Origin: a virus
Taxonomy: Duplodnaviria; Heunggongvirae; Uroviricota; Caudoviricetes
IMG/VR virus record: IMGVR_UViG_2671180890_000005
Location: 1-51,026 of that record
DNA length: 51,026 nucleotides
Strand: one strand, 5' to 3'
Shown here one piece after another: positions 1 to 8,974 of this stretch; position 1 is the stretch's first letter; each line of letters starts with the position of its first letter. The notes beneath the pieces were generated by a model. It saw nothing but the letters and a program-made list of their open reading frames with translations, did not search any database and was not told where the DNA came from. The position numbers were made by a program, and so were the translations under genes.

Positions 1-861
1 ATGGTTGACAATGTTTTTAAGAAGAAATTGGCATCAATTAAGAACGAACATGTGTCGGTGTTAGATAGTTACAAAGTAAGATCATTTAAAGAGACTCATA
101 GCGACACGGCCTGTATTGTGCGTATTATTGAAATATATTCACTGAATAAGCTGCGAGCTAAAGGTGAAAAGCTGTATTCACTTACGGGGTTAACAGTACC
201 TGATACGGAAACTGTGGCGAATGAGATCAACCTGCTCCTGAGCCGTTATGCCCAGTTGTGTCGTCAGGAAGAGGAAGAGTTATCTTTCCGGCAGCGTGAA
301 GTGACAAATGCGGAAGTTGCATGGAAAAGCACATTCTCAAAAAACGGCGTCAGTAGCATTGCTGAAGCCAAAACGAATAAAATGGGGCATGCTGAACGAG
401 CGGATGCTGAACGGTATTACCATCTGGCTGTTTCCCGGTTGAATGAACAACATAGTCGATTGAGCACGATCAAGCTTTTGCCGGGAGTACTGGCCGATGA
501 AGGAAACTACATTGGGAAGGGAATCGATAAGCGTTTACTGAATATATTTCCTCAATCCGGCCAGATCCCTGCTGATTTTATTTCTGTATTTAATGACAGT
601 GACGTTGTCCGTGATATTAAATTTATTACTGATGCACTCAAGTCTTTATCTGATTCCGTGAGTGAAATTATTAGTCGTTGTAGCGTTCCAACTGATCGTT
701 ATGTATTAAATAACGGTGGAATGGCAAGAGCTATGGCTTACAGGGAGTACTATCGAGCAGATAATTATGTATTACGTTCAGTCGTAAGTGACCGGGATTA
801 TGTTGAGCATGTAATGAAATACAATCTGGTTACTGAGTACAAAAATAAAATCTTTTCTTAA
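1..861 (+). CDS. hypothetical protein, possibly capsid scaffold-like (directly upstream of GpN-like capsid gene)
   Basis: 286-codon ATG ORF starting at window position 1; followed 22 nt later by capsid gene with AAAAAGGTGAAAAAC ahead of its ATG; no family recognised by eye; may be truncated by window edge. Confidence 0.4.
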   Translation: MVDNVFKKKLASIKNEHVSVLDSYKVRSFKETHSDTACIVRIIEIYSLNKLRAKGEKLYSLTGLTVPDTETVANEINLLLSRYAQLCRQEEEELSFRQREVTNAEVAWKSTFSKNGVSSIAEAKTNKMGHAERADAERYYHLAVSRLNEQHSRLSTIKLLPGVLADEGNYIGKGIDKRLLNIFPQSGQIPADFISVFNDSDVVRDIKFITDALKSLSDSVSEIISRCSVPTDRYVLNNGGMARAMAYREYYRADNYVLRSVVSDRDYVEHVMKYNLVTEYKNKIFS

Positions 862-883
862 ATACTTAAAAAGGTGAAAAACT

Positions 884-1888
884 ATGTATGCCTTCAAAAC
901 TGAAAGGCCGGACGCAGCACGTCGTTATCATAATAAATTCGTCACTGGCACTAACTATCAGGAAGAATCAAACAGACGCTTTGCATTAAGCGAACCTACT
1001 GAAAATATACTGCGTACCTCAATTCTGGAATCCGGGTGGCTTATTAAAAATATTACCCTACGTGATGTTAACGCCGTGTCAGGTAATGCCGTCAATATTG
1101 GTGCCAGTGAACTGTATACCGGACGTGTGGATGGTGGCCGTTTCCACAAAAAAATGGCAATCAATGGTACGGAGTTCTTTCTGACAGAGACGGATACCTG
1201 CGCCCGGATCAGCTATTCCGATATGTCTCATATTTACCATACCGGCGTGCCGGATGAGTTTGAGAAAACGGTTGAGAGCTTTTTTGCCCAGGCATATGCG
1301 CTGGACATGCTGCGGGTCGGTTTCAACGGTGTGTCGATTGCAAATACTACAAACCCGGAAATCAATAAAAAAGGCGAGGATGTCAATATTGGCTGGCATG
1401 CACTGGCGAAAGCCTACGGGAACGGAAAGCAAATCATCTCTGAGCCTGTCACTCTGGGAGAGACTGGCACCTGGAAAAATATTGATGCTCTGGCCAACCA
1501 TCTGATTACAGAGCTTATTGCTGAGCAGTTTCGTGAAGATCCTCGTCTGGTTGTACTGGTTGGGGCAGAGCTGGCAGCACATCAACGCCTGAAGTTATTT
1601 AATGCCGCAGACCGCCCGTCTGATGTGAATGCGGCACAGATGGCTACAAGTTCTGTTGCTGGCCGCTTTGCGTTTATTCCCCCGTTTATGCCGGGTAAGC
1701 GTCTGGCAGTAACGACGCTGGATAATCTGCATATTTACACTCAGGCGATAACACGCTGGTTTCGTGCTGAGTTTGATGATGAAAGCAGTGAATACGTGCA
1801 TTCCTACCTGCGCAATGAAGGTTATGCACTCGGTGAACCTGAACTGTACGCGGCTGTTGATGAGTGCACCCTGACGTTTGCGGATTGA
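884..1888 (+). CDS. major capsid protein, P2 GpN-like
   Basis: 334 aa; motifs LRVGFNGV, DPRLVVLVGAELAA and LDNLHIY match what I recall of P2 GpN (MAGFNGV, DPDLVVIVGRQLLA, LENLSIY). Confidence 0.6.
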   Translation: MYAFKTERPDAARRYHNKFVTGTNYQEESNRRFALSEPTENILRTSILESGWLIKNITLRDVNAVSGNAVNIGASELYTGRVDGGRFHKKMAINGTEFFLTETDTCARISYSDMSHIYHTGVPDEFEKTVESFFAQAYALDMLRVGFNGVSIANTTNPEINKKGEDVNIGWHALAKAYGNGKQIISEPVTLGETGTWKNIDALANHLITELIAEQFREDPRLVVLVGAELAAHQRLKLFNAADRPSDVNAAQMATSSVAGRFAFIPPFMPGKRLAVTTLDNLHIYTQAITRWFRAEFDDESSEYVHSYLRNEGYALGEPELYAAVDECTLTFAD

Positions 1889-1901
1889 CTTAGCGACAGA
1901 A

Positions 1902-1923
1902 AGACCCGCTCAGAGGCGGGTCT
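1902..1923 (+). terminator. hairpin after capsid gene (AGACCCGC-loop-GCGGGTCT), weak T tract
   Basis: perfect 8-bp inverted repeat 14 nt after the capsid stop codon, followed by CGTTT. Confidence 0.4.
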
Positions 1924-2118
1924 CGTTTACAGCATCAGGAAAAATGAAGAACTATTTTTAAGCAGAGGCTTAAGCATGCCAGCGTTAATTAATCCAGGCA
2001 ATGATCAGTTTTCGGTTATAAATTTCTTGCCTCACCAGGAATGCGCGGGATATAGTTTAAAGGTTGCCGCAAAATCGGCAGCCGGGCGTAGGAACCCGTG
2101 TTATCTGAAGGCGATACT

Positions 2119-2142
2119 ACACGCGCTAGGCGTGTTTTTTTG
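2119..2142 (+). terminator. rho-independent terminator-like hairpin with T7 run
   Basis: ACACGC-GCTAGG-CGTGT followed by TTTTTTT; lies inside a listed 196-aa ORF, arguing that ORF is not coding. Confidence 0.45.
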
Positions 2143-2362
2143 TGTCGCAGCTTTGACTCACCTAAAATTTATGGTGTGGTGGCTGATTGTATTTTTTTAT
2201 TTTTTACGCCACATCATCAGAATTATGGTAGTCCAGGCGGGGCAGCTTTCGGGCTGGCCGGTATCCTTCAGAGCCGGTATTCCTACCCCCGTCTGGGCTA
2301 CCACCCATGAGCGTAGGAACTCCGGTGGTAGCGTTACCCGCTATCTGAAGGAGGTTGCCATT

Positions 2363-2566
2363 ATGGCTACAGTCCCTGCTTTATCTCACCCTGAATTTAC
2401 CTTTGTCTTTCTGGCTGTCCGCCGTACAGACCGTGATGCCCGTCCACGCCCTGTGCGTGTAATCGCAGAATGCGAGCATGCTGCACGCCTTAAACTTGCC
2501 ACTGAATTTATCCTGAGCTTTGCTGCCCGTATCCCTGTGAAAAGAGCCGGGGAGGTGGTTGCATGA
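2363..2566 (+). CDS. small hypothetical protein, first gene of primase operon
   Basis: ATG preceded by AAGGAGG at correct spacing; stop overlaps start of next ORF. Confidence 0.35.
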   Translation: MATVPALSHPEFTFVFLAVRRTDRDARPRPVRVIAECEHAARLKLATEFILSFAARIPVKRAGEVVA

Positions 2567-2799
2567 AATCCATGAATTTTAAGCAAGGCTGCATATTGAG
2601 TGAACAGGGGGAGAGTCGTCTGTTACGGGCGGCACTGGCCAGTGAGTTTCTTGCAGAGGTCTTGTCCGTGCCCACAGTGAATGGAGCGAGAACTGTTTCA
2701 GCGGAAGGCGCTGCGGCTTTAGTGGCCTGTATTGCCGAACAACTGGATGGCGTTGTTAAGGAAACCAGCACAATTAAGGGAGTGATGCGCGATGAATAA
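2563..2799 (+). CDS. hypothetical protein
   Basis: 78-aa ORF, start overlaps upstream stop and its own stop overlaps next start (translational coupling). Confidence 0.4.
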   Translation: MKSMNFKQGCILSEQGESRLLRAALASEFLAEVLSVPTVNGARTVSAEGAAALVACIAEQLDGVVKETSTIKGVMRDE

Positions 2800-3202
2800 T
2801 AATCAAAATTTAAAGGCGCATGCTTTACGAACAGCAGTCTTACGCTACTACATTGCTGATGCATTCATTTCCTTAATGGTGCGTGTTCATAATGAACCTG
2901 TTTATATTGAAGATGGCGAACGAATAGAACTCTCCCACGAAAAAGTGGTGAGTAATATTATTTACCATATTGAAATGCCGTGGGTGAATGAGTTTGGGGC
3001 TGATGCTGGTTGCATACTGGCCGCAGAGAAACTGGAAAAAATGCTTAAACCAGGCTTTATGTCAGAAAATATTCGCCTGTCAGTTTTTGGTGTCACAGAG
3101 ATGCGTGAGGTTTACCGGGATATTATTTTCGGAGCACCTGATGGCGAACTACCCGAAGGTTTTGAATTTGTGAAGCCGGAAGGTCAGGAGGTGCTGCTGT
3201 GA
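2792..3202 (+). CDS. hypothetical protein
   Basis: 136-aa ORF; stop overlaps GTG start of primase (GTGA). Confidence 0.45.
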   Translation: MNNNQNLKAHALRTAVLRYYIADAFISLMVRVHNEPVYIEDGERIELSHEKVVSNIIYHIEMPWVNEFGADAGCILAAEKLEKMLKPGFMSENIRLSVFGVTEMREVYRDIIFGAPDGELPEGFEFVKPEGQEVLL

Positions 3203-5886
3203 AAACACCGTCTGTATCCACGATTTCCGGAGCTGCAATTGGGCGCTGGCCTTATATCCTGTCAGCATTAGGTATTAAAGTACCGTCCGCAGGACATCAT
3301 GGGGCTTGCCCTGCCTGTGGTGGAAAAGATCGTTTTCGACTGGACGATAAAGCGGGGCGAGGGACGTGGTTTTGTAATCAGTGCGGTCATGGCGATGGTC
3401 TTGATCTGGTTCGTCTGGTGACAGGAAGAAAGATAAAAGAAGTCGCCGGGATGGTATCTGAGGCGCTTGCATTACCAGAAATACAGGAGAAGCCCGCATT
3501 GCCAGCCAGGAAAAAGGCCGCAGGAAAAGAAGCGGGCGCGGAGCGATATACCAGACTCAGACAGCAGTCCTGCAATGGTGAGCCGGTCTATCTGACAAAT
3601 AAGAGCTTACACGGGTATTCACTTCCCTTGCTGTCACAGCCTTTGAATCTGGCCGGAATAACATTTTCCACCGGTTCATTACTGCTGCCTTTGACGGATA
3701 TTTCCGGGAATATTACTGGTGGCCAGCTTATCAATCCTGACGGGGATAAAAGTCTGCTGCCCGGTAGCCAGCTGTCTGGCGCATTCATTGCCCTGACCGA
3801 TATACCCGCTGAAACACCTGAACAGGTGATTATCACTGAGGGTTTTGCCACGGCGCTTACCGTCAGTCTGCTGACTGAAGGATGGATCGTGGCGGCTGTC
3901 GCTGCCACCAATTTACTGAAGGTGACGGAGCAGATCCGAAAACGCTGGCCGGAAACCCGGATCATTCTGGCCGGAGATAATGATCTGGCTGACGGCAAAG
4001 AAAACACCGGGCGTATTCAGGCAGAGAAAGCCGCCAAAGCGGTGGATGGCTGGGTAACGCTCCCTCCGGTACGCCATAAGGCTGACTGGGATGATTATCG
4101 GCAGGAAGTGGGGAAAGAACGGGCGAGAGATGCCTTTCGTGAAGAAATGACGCTGCATGGCAAAGGGCAGACCCGTTTACCAGAAGGGTTCCGGCTGACA
4201 AAAGAATATTTGTGGTACGACAAGCTGGTTAATAAGTCTGATGGTGATACAGAGATACGTAATATCAAAATTTGCAGTCCGTTGCGGGTGACGGCAATCA
4301 CCAGTGATGCTGATGGAAGTAATTACGGGCGTTTGCTGGAATGGGAAGATACCAACGGAAACAGCCGTAAATGGGCAATGCCGATGGAGATGCTGGGCGG
4401 TAGCGGGGAAGAACTGCGCCGCGTTCTGCTGGTTAACGGGCTTTCTTACATCAACATTAACGGCATGGCCAGAGCATTCCTGATGGAATATATCTCGCTG
4501 TGTAAACCGGACAGAAAAGTAACCTGTGTGAATAAAACTGGCTGGCACGGCGGGGTTTACGTTCTCCAGGATGAAGTGATAGGGCGCGAAGCCCAGTCAG
4601 TCATCTTACAAACATCGAGTGTGCAGGGGCGTGATTTTCGTGTCAGCGGCACATCAGAGGGCTGGCGTGAAAATATAGGCCGTTATTGCATAAAGAATGC
4701 CCGTCTTGCCTTTGCGGTGAGTCTGGCATTTGCTGCCCCCCTTCTGAAACTGGTTGGTATCGGCGGTGGAGGTTATCACCTCAAAGGGGAATCCACAGAC
4801 GGTAAAACCACGACGATGAAAGTGGCTGCATCAGTATGTGGTGGAACAGATTTCTGGCATACGTGGCGGGCGACGGGGAATGCCTTAGAAGGAACGGCGA
4901 GCCGCCGCAATGATGCCACGCTGATGCTGGATGAAATCCGGGAGGTTGACGGCAGGGAGGCGGGAAATATCGCTTATATGCTGGCTAACGGGCAGGGCAA
5001 AGCCAGAGCCAGAACAGATGGTTCGGTAAGGGAAACCAACCGCTGGAATCTGTTGTTTCTGTCTACCGGGGAACTGTCACTGGTAGAGCATGCGGCAAGC
5101 GCCGGGGAACGTACGTATGCCGGGGTTGAGGTCAGAATGATCCAGATCCCAAGCGATTCGGGCAAGTATGGCGTGTTTGAAGAACTTCATGGCTTCAGTA
5201 GCGGGAAAACCCTGGCTGAGCATCTTGAGCAGCACGTAGCGCATTATCATGGTGCACCATTCCGCGACTGGCTGTATTGCCTGACCGCTGATCTGCCGGA
5301 ACTGACCAGTCAGGCGAAAGCCTTATTGAAAGAGTATACCCGAAGGCTGACGCCGGAAAATGCCGGGAATCAGGTTGGCCGGGCTGTTACCCGTTTTGCT
5401 CTGGTTGCGATGGCCGGGGAGCTGGCCACAAAAGCGGGCATCACAGGATGGCCGGAGGGAGAGGCCTTTCGTGCCGCTCAAAGCTGTCTGGCTGCATGGA
5501 TGGCTGACCGGGGCCATACAGCTAATCAGGAAGATAAAGCGGCACTTGAACAGGTTCGGGACTTCATGACGCGTAATCAGTTCAGTCGGTTTGCTGACTG
5601 GAATGACGACAGGAACCGGCCTGTTTCAATGATGGGATTCAGAAAAGTCGATAAAGGAGACAACGTGACAGAGCCGGTTGTGACGTTCTACGTTCTCCCG
5701 TCAGGCTGGAAGGAGATCTGTAAGGGATTTGACTCGCGTAAGGTGGCCAGGTTGTGTGTGGACGCGGGCTGGCTGAAACCCGGTGAAGATGGCCGGACGC
5801 AAAACAGCATTCGCCTGCCAGAAATAGGGCTTAAACGTGTGTACCAGTTCAATACACAGGTACTGGGAAGCGCTGAACCTGAGTGA
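3199..5886 (+). CDS. primase-helicase, P4 alpha-like
   Basis: 895 aa; N-terminal zinc ribbon CPACGG...CNQCGH, TOPRIM-like ITEGFATA and ILAGDNDLADGKENTG, Walker A GESTDGKTT; GTG start. Confidence 0.85.
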   Translation: MKTPSVSTISGAAIGRWPYILSALGIKVPSAGHHGACPACGGKDRFRLDDKAGRGTWFCNQCGHGDGLDLVRLVTGRKIKEVAGMVSEALALPEIQEKPALPARKKAAGKEAGAERYTRLRQQSCNGEPVYLTNKSLHGYSLPLLSQPLNLAGITFSTGSLLLPLTDISGNITGGQLINPDGDKSLLPGSQLSGAFIALTDIPAETPEQVIITEGFATALTVSLLTEGWIVAAVAATNLLKVTEQIRKRWPETRIILAGDNDLADGKENTGRIQAEKAAKAVDGWVTLPPVRHKADWDDYRQEVGKERARDAFREEMTLHGKGQTRLPEGFRLTKEYLWYDKLVNKSDGDTEIRNIKICSPLRVTAITSDADGSNYGRLLEWEDTNGNSRKWAMPMEMLGGSGEELRRVLLVNGLSYININGMARAFLMEYISLCKPDRKVTCVNKTGWHGGVYVLQDEVIGREAQSVILQTSSVQGRDFRVSGTSEGWRENIGRYCIKNARLAFAVSLAFAAPLLKLVGIGGGGYHLKGESTDGKTTTMKVAASVCGGTDFWHTWRATGNALEGTASRRNDATLMLDEIREVDGREAGNIAYMLANGQGKARARTDGSVRETNRWNLLFLSTGELSLVEHAASAGERTYAGVEVRMIQIPSDSGKYGVFEELHGFSSGKTLAEHLEQHVAHYHGAPFRDWLYCLTADLPELTSQAKALLKEYTRRLTPENAGNQVGRAVTRFALVAMAGELATKAGITGWPEGEAFRAAQSCLAAWMADRGHTANQEDKAALEQVRDFMTRNQFSRFADWNDDRNRPVSMMGFRKVDKGDNVTEPVVTFYVLPSGWKEICKGFDSRKVARLCVDAGWLKPGEDGRTQNSIRLPEIGLKRVYQFNTQVLGSAEPE

Positions 5887-5909
5887 TTATCGCGTGAGTC
5901 TTATTTTTA

Positions 5910-6105
5910 TGAGGTAACACTGGTAACAGAGGTAACACCCGTTACTGATGCGGTTCTTCAGTGTTACCAGTCAAAAATACTGACTGGTAACAGAGGTAAC
6001 AAAAAATGGTGTGTTACCACGCGTTACCTCTTGATTTTGCTAACTGGTAACAGATTAAATCCTTTTAAATCAATAGCGTTACACGTGTTACCAGTGTTAC
6101 ACGTT
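5910..6105. repeat. iteron cluster (GGTAACA / TGTTACC), putative replication origin for the primase
   Basis: about ten copies in both orientations, including TGGTAACAGAGGTAACA twice, directly downstream of the primase gene. Confidence 0.6.
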
Positions 6106-6168
6106 CAGAACAAGAGGTAGGGATCCAAATCCCTTCTTCTGGCGGGCAACAGTATAGGGCACAGAACG

Positions 6169-6441
6169 ATGAAGATGATGAGAATGTACTGCCCCACATG
6201 TCAGGCAGTAGCACGGATAGGTAAAACAAACAGGAAACACCCACAACTGTACGATGTGTACTGCTATTGCTCTAATGTGGAGTGCGGTCACTCGTTTGTG
6301 ATGAATGTTGCTTTCTCCCATTCCGTTAGTCCAAGCGCGCTGAACGGGCAGGGAAGGGTTAAAGAGCTGATTGATGCAATTCCACCCGAGGAACGGGAAA
6401 AGGCTTTAAAGTTGCTGCTGGCTGCGCAAAAGAATGGGTAA
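6169..6441 (+). CDS. Ogr/Delta-family zinc-finger late transcription activator
   Basis: MYCPTCQ...CSNVECGH C2C2 pattern resembling P2 Ogr (MFHCPLCQ...CQNVNCS); true start may be the internal Met at 6184. Confidence 0.7.
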   Translation: MKMMRMYCPTCQAVARIGKTNRKHPQLYDVYCYCSNVECGHSFVMNVAFSHSVSPSALNGQGRVKELIDAIPPEEREKALKLLLAAQKNG

Positions 6442-7120
6442 AGTATGCGTCGGGAATGGCCGATCTGTTCCCGGAACCTGAACACAGGATTTCAGTTTAT
6501 ACGGTCATAAAATTATTATTTTTCAACTGGTTATCTTCTTCATGTTTCACAAACCTTCATAAAATCACACACCTAAAATTAATTATCCATTTAATATCAT
6601 AGAGTTGCGTATTCAGGCCATAGATTCGACGGACAGTAAAACTGAAAAAAAATGAATTTCTTTTCATTCTTTTCAGTTCCTGTATCGCAGTACATCTCGA
6701 GGACTGGCACGGACTGGCGGTATCGTTTGTAAAAAATCCAGGCTGAAAATTTTTAGTGATATGAAAACCGCAGGCGGGTGCGGTGTAGTGCCGTTTTGGT
6801 CTGTCGAGCGTATATTTTCCTTTTTCACGATTGCTGCATATCAAAACGAATGTGCAGATATCAGGCCGTGTCAAACCGTGAATCGTGGAGCCTAAATGCC
6901 CAAACTACGTTTGTAGACCTAGCTAGGGGAAGGTTTCCACATATACTGCTACCTATCTTCCAGTCGCTGGTGAGGATCAAGGTAAGCTAACTGGTGAACA
7001 AGAAAAGTACTTTCGTATCTTGCGTACTCGTTTTTTTTGATTAGTATGTACAGGTAGTAACTGGATGGTGAGAATTCGTCATAACTTATCAAATTGCATG
7101 ATGTTTATAGAGTATGAGTA

Positions 7121-8002
7121 ATGAGTCATAATAAAAAGGAATATGCTAAATTTTTCCGTCGCCCCATTTTTTCATCCTTAGCAAAAGGTAAGGATATTTC
7201 GGATTTATTTGGGAGTTTTGATTCTTACTGCTATGAAACACTGTTTTCAAACAATGATAATAATGAACATGAGATTTCACTAAGGGATTTATTTACATCA
7301 TTATATGATTTTTTGCGTCTGAATTATAGAAATGAATATGTTTATAAGACAGCACTTGTCAATAAAATAATATTCGGTAAGCACAGCCCAAAAACAAGTT
7401 CGTCGTCCATAGAGTTACCAATTAAAAACTCTATAGTGGATGTTGCGGTGTTTAATGGTACGTCTACAGCTTACGAGATTAAGACAGAGTATGATTCACC
7501 AAAAAGGTTGATTACTCAAGCCCCTGATTATTTGGATGTTTTTGATAAAGTGTATATAGTTACACATCCAGAGTATGCAAGTAAATATTGTGCTTTAAAT
7601 CTCCCCAGAGTGGGAGTTATGGTTTTGAATAAAAAAGATCAATTGAGTGTCATTAAGGAGGCAGATTCAAATATTGATTATATTAAAAGTGACAGCTTGT
7701 TTTCAGTTCTTAGAAAGGAAGAGTTCTTAGCTATAATAGAAGATTACACTTCAACTAAAATAAATATGCCTAACGGATTGGTTTATGAATATTGTAAAGA
7801 GATATTCATGCAGATGCCATTAAACATAGCAAATAAATACTTTATCTCTGCTATGAAAAAAAGATGTAACGATAAAGTTTTTTTGGATTATATTTATTCT
7901 CTTCCAGCATGTTTACGTGTTTTAGGTTATGCAACACCATTATCAAGAAAGCAAAAAGAATTCATCATGAATTTGATGGATGTAAAAATTAAAATTTGTT
8001 GA
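7121..8002 (+). CDS. hypothetical protein, A+T-rich cargo gene A, with PD-(D/E)xK-like motif
   Basis: 293 aa, N/K/I/Y-rich; SIVDVAVFNGTSTAYEIKTEYD reads as D...ExK nuclease core; uninterrupted ORF in very A+T-rich DNA. Confidence 0.6.
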   Translation: MSHNKKEYAKFFRRPIFSSLAKGKDISDLFGSFDSYCYETLFSNNDNNEHEISLRDLFTSLYDFLRLNYRNEYVYKTALVNKIIFGKHSPKTSSSSIELPIKNSIVDVAVFNGTSTAYEIKTEYDSPKRLITQAPDYLDVFDKVYIVTHPEYASKYCALNLPRVGVMVLNKKDQLSVIKEADSNIDYIKSDSLFSVLRKEEFLAIIEDYTSTKINMPNGLVYEYCKEIFMQMPLNIANKYFISAMKKRCNDKVFLDYIYSLPACLRVLGYATPLSRKQKEFIMNLMDVKIKIC

Positions 8003-8023
8003 TATCCTCAGGAGTTGTAAGTT

Positions 8024-8974
8024 ATGTATAGCCCATATTTGTATGCGAGAAGTACAGAGTTATTATGCCTTAGGGACCTCGTTGCGAAGGGAGTTAGCCT
8101 AAATGGTCTGCTACCAATTTTAGAACCAATTAACGTCAATACGAGAAATTTATTAACATGTTTAAATGTTTGGAATTCTGACATAATTGTTATCCTTAAT
8201 CCTTATCAGGAAGATTTTTCTTCACACAATAACGTCTTAACTTTAAATCAAAATTTATCAAGTGTATTAACAAATAAAAATAATATCATCTCTGGATATC
8301 TTATTCAGCCCAATACAACGATTAATGATATTAATAATTGGTTGAATGCTAACTTAAATAGACGAGTTGCACTTCTATATGATAATCCATCATTATCCAA
8401 CTCTGATATTCAGTTGTTGGCGACAAATCAATTGATTAGTTATCATGTTGTTTTAAATAATAAAATGCTTCCTAATCAGTGCGCTCTTCTTCCTTTGTCG
8501 AAGTTAATTATTATTAGCGATAACTTTAGAAAGTTAGCAAAAAATGCTGATTATAATGGGCCGGAACTTTTCACGCACGCACATCAATTCGTGGGACAAA
8601 ATTACTTAGGATTTGGCGATTATACAATTACTGGCCAGGTACTAGATCTTGGAGGTGGTCAACCTTCTGCTGTTGCCGCACATTTGGTGTTCAAGAATTT
8701 ACAAGCGAATACAGTTTGGATTCGTCATTTTGTATCAAGCAACACGCAACGAGGAAGTTCAAATGTTACTGCAAAATTTTTAGATGTTTCAGATCAAATT
8801 ACAAATCTTGTTCCCCAACATCCAACCCAGTTTGGCAGCAACATTGGTCTTAACTATTATTATTACAATAGTCAACCAACTGTAAGGCATTTCCCTGGGT
8901 TGCCAAAAAACAAACAGTATCAAATTACTCACCATATTTGTTTCATGCTGGATTTAATAGCAGGTCGTATTTAA
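8024..8974 (+). CDS. hypothetical protein, A+T-rich cargo gene B
   Basis: 316 aa, Asn/Leu-rich; starts 22 nt after gene A; 3' end overlaps the convergent integrase gene by 21 nt. Confidence 0.6.
   Translation: MYSPYLYARSTELLCLRDLVAKGVSLNGLLPILEPINVNTRNLLTCLNVWNSDIIVILNPYQEDFSSHNNVLTLNQNLSSVLTNKNNIISGYLIQPNTTINDINNWLNANLNRRVALLYDNPSLSNSDIQLLATNQLISYHVVLNNKMLPNQCALLPLSKLIIISDNFRKLAKNADYNGPELFTHAHQFVGQNYLGFGDYTITGQVLDLGGGQPSAVAAHLVFKNLQANTVWIRHFVSSNTQRGSSNVTAKFLDVSDQITNLVPQHPTQFGSNIGLNYYYYNSQPTVRHFPGLPKNKQYQITHHICFMLDLIAGRI

Noticed and set aside
1976..2566. Listed 196-aa ORF upstream of the primase operon
   Set aside because: It contains a T7-tailed terminator hairpin and the direct repeats of the operon leader, and its product is low-complexity and hydrophobic without a ribosome-binding site. 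Only the last 67 codons (2363-2566, preceded by AAGGAGG) look like a gene.
3275..5569. Multiple 60-140-aa ORFs on the minus strand and in alternate frames inside the primase gene
   Set aside because: They are entirely contained within a long, well-supported coding frame and lack ribosome-binding sites, so they are shadow ORFs.
6557..6990. Listed ORFs 6557-6874 (minus) and 6778-6990 (plus) in the A+T-rich spacer
   Set aside because: No ribosome-binding site, implausible composition and mutual overlap. Treated as noncoding, though a small RNA or promoter function is left open in the findings.
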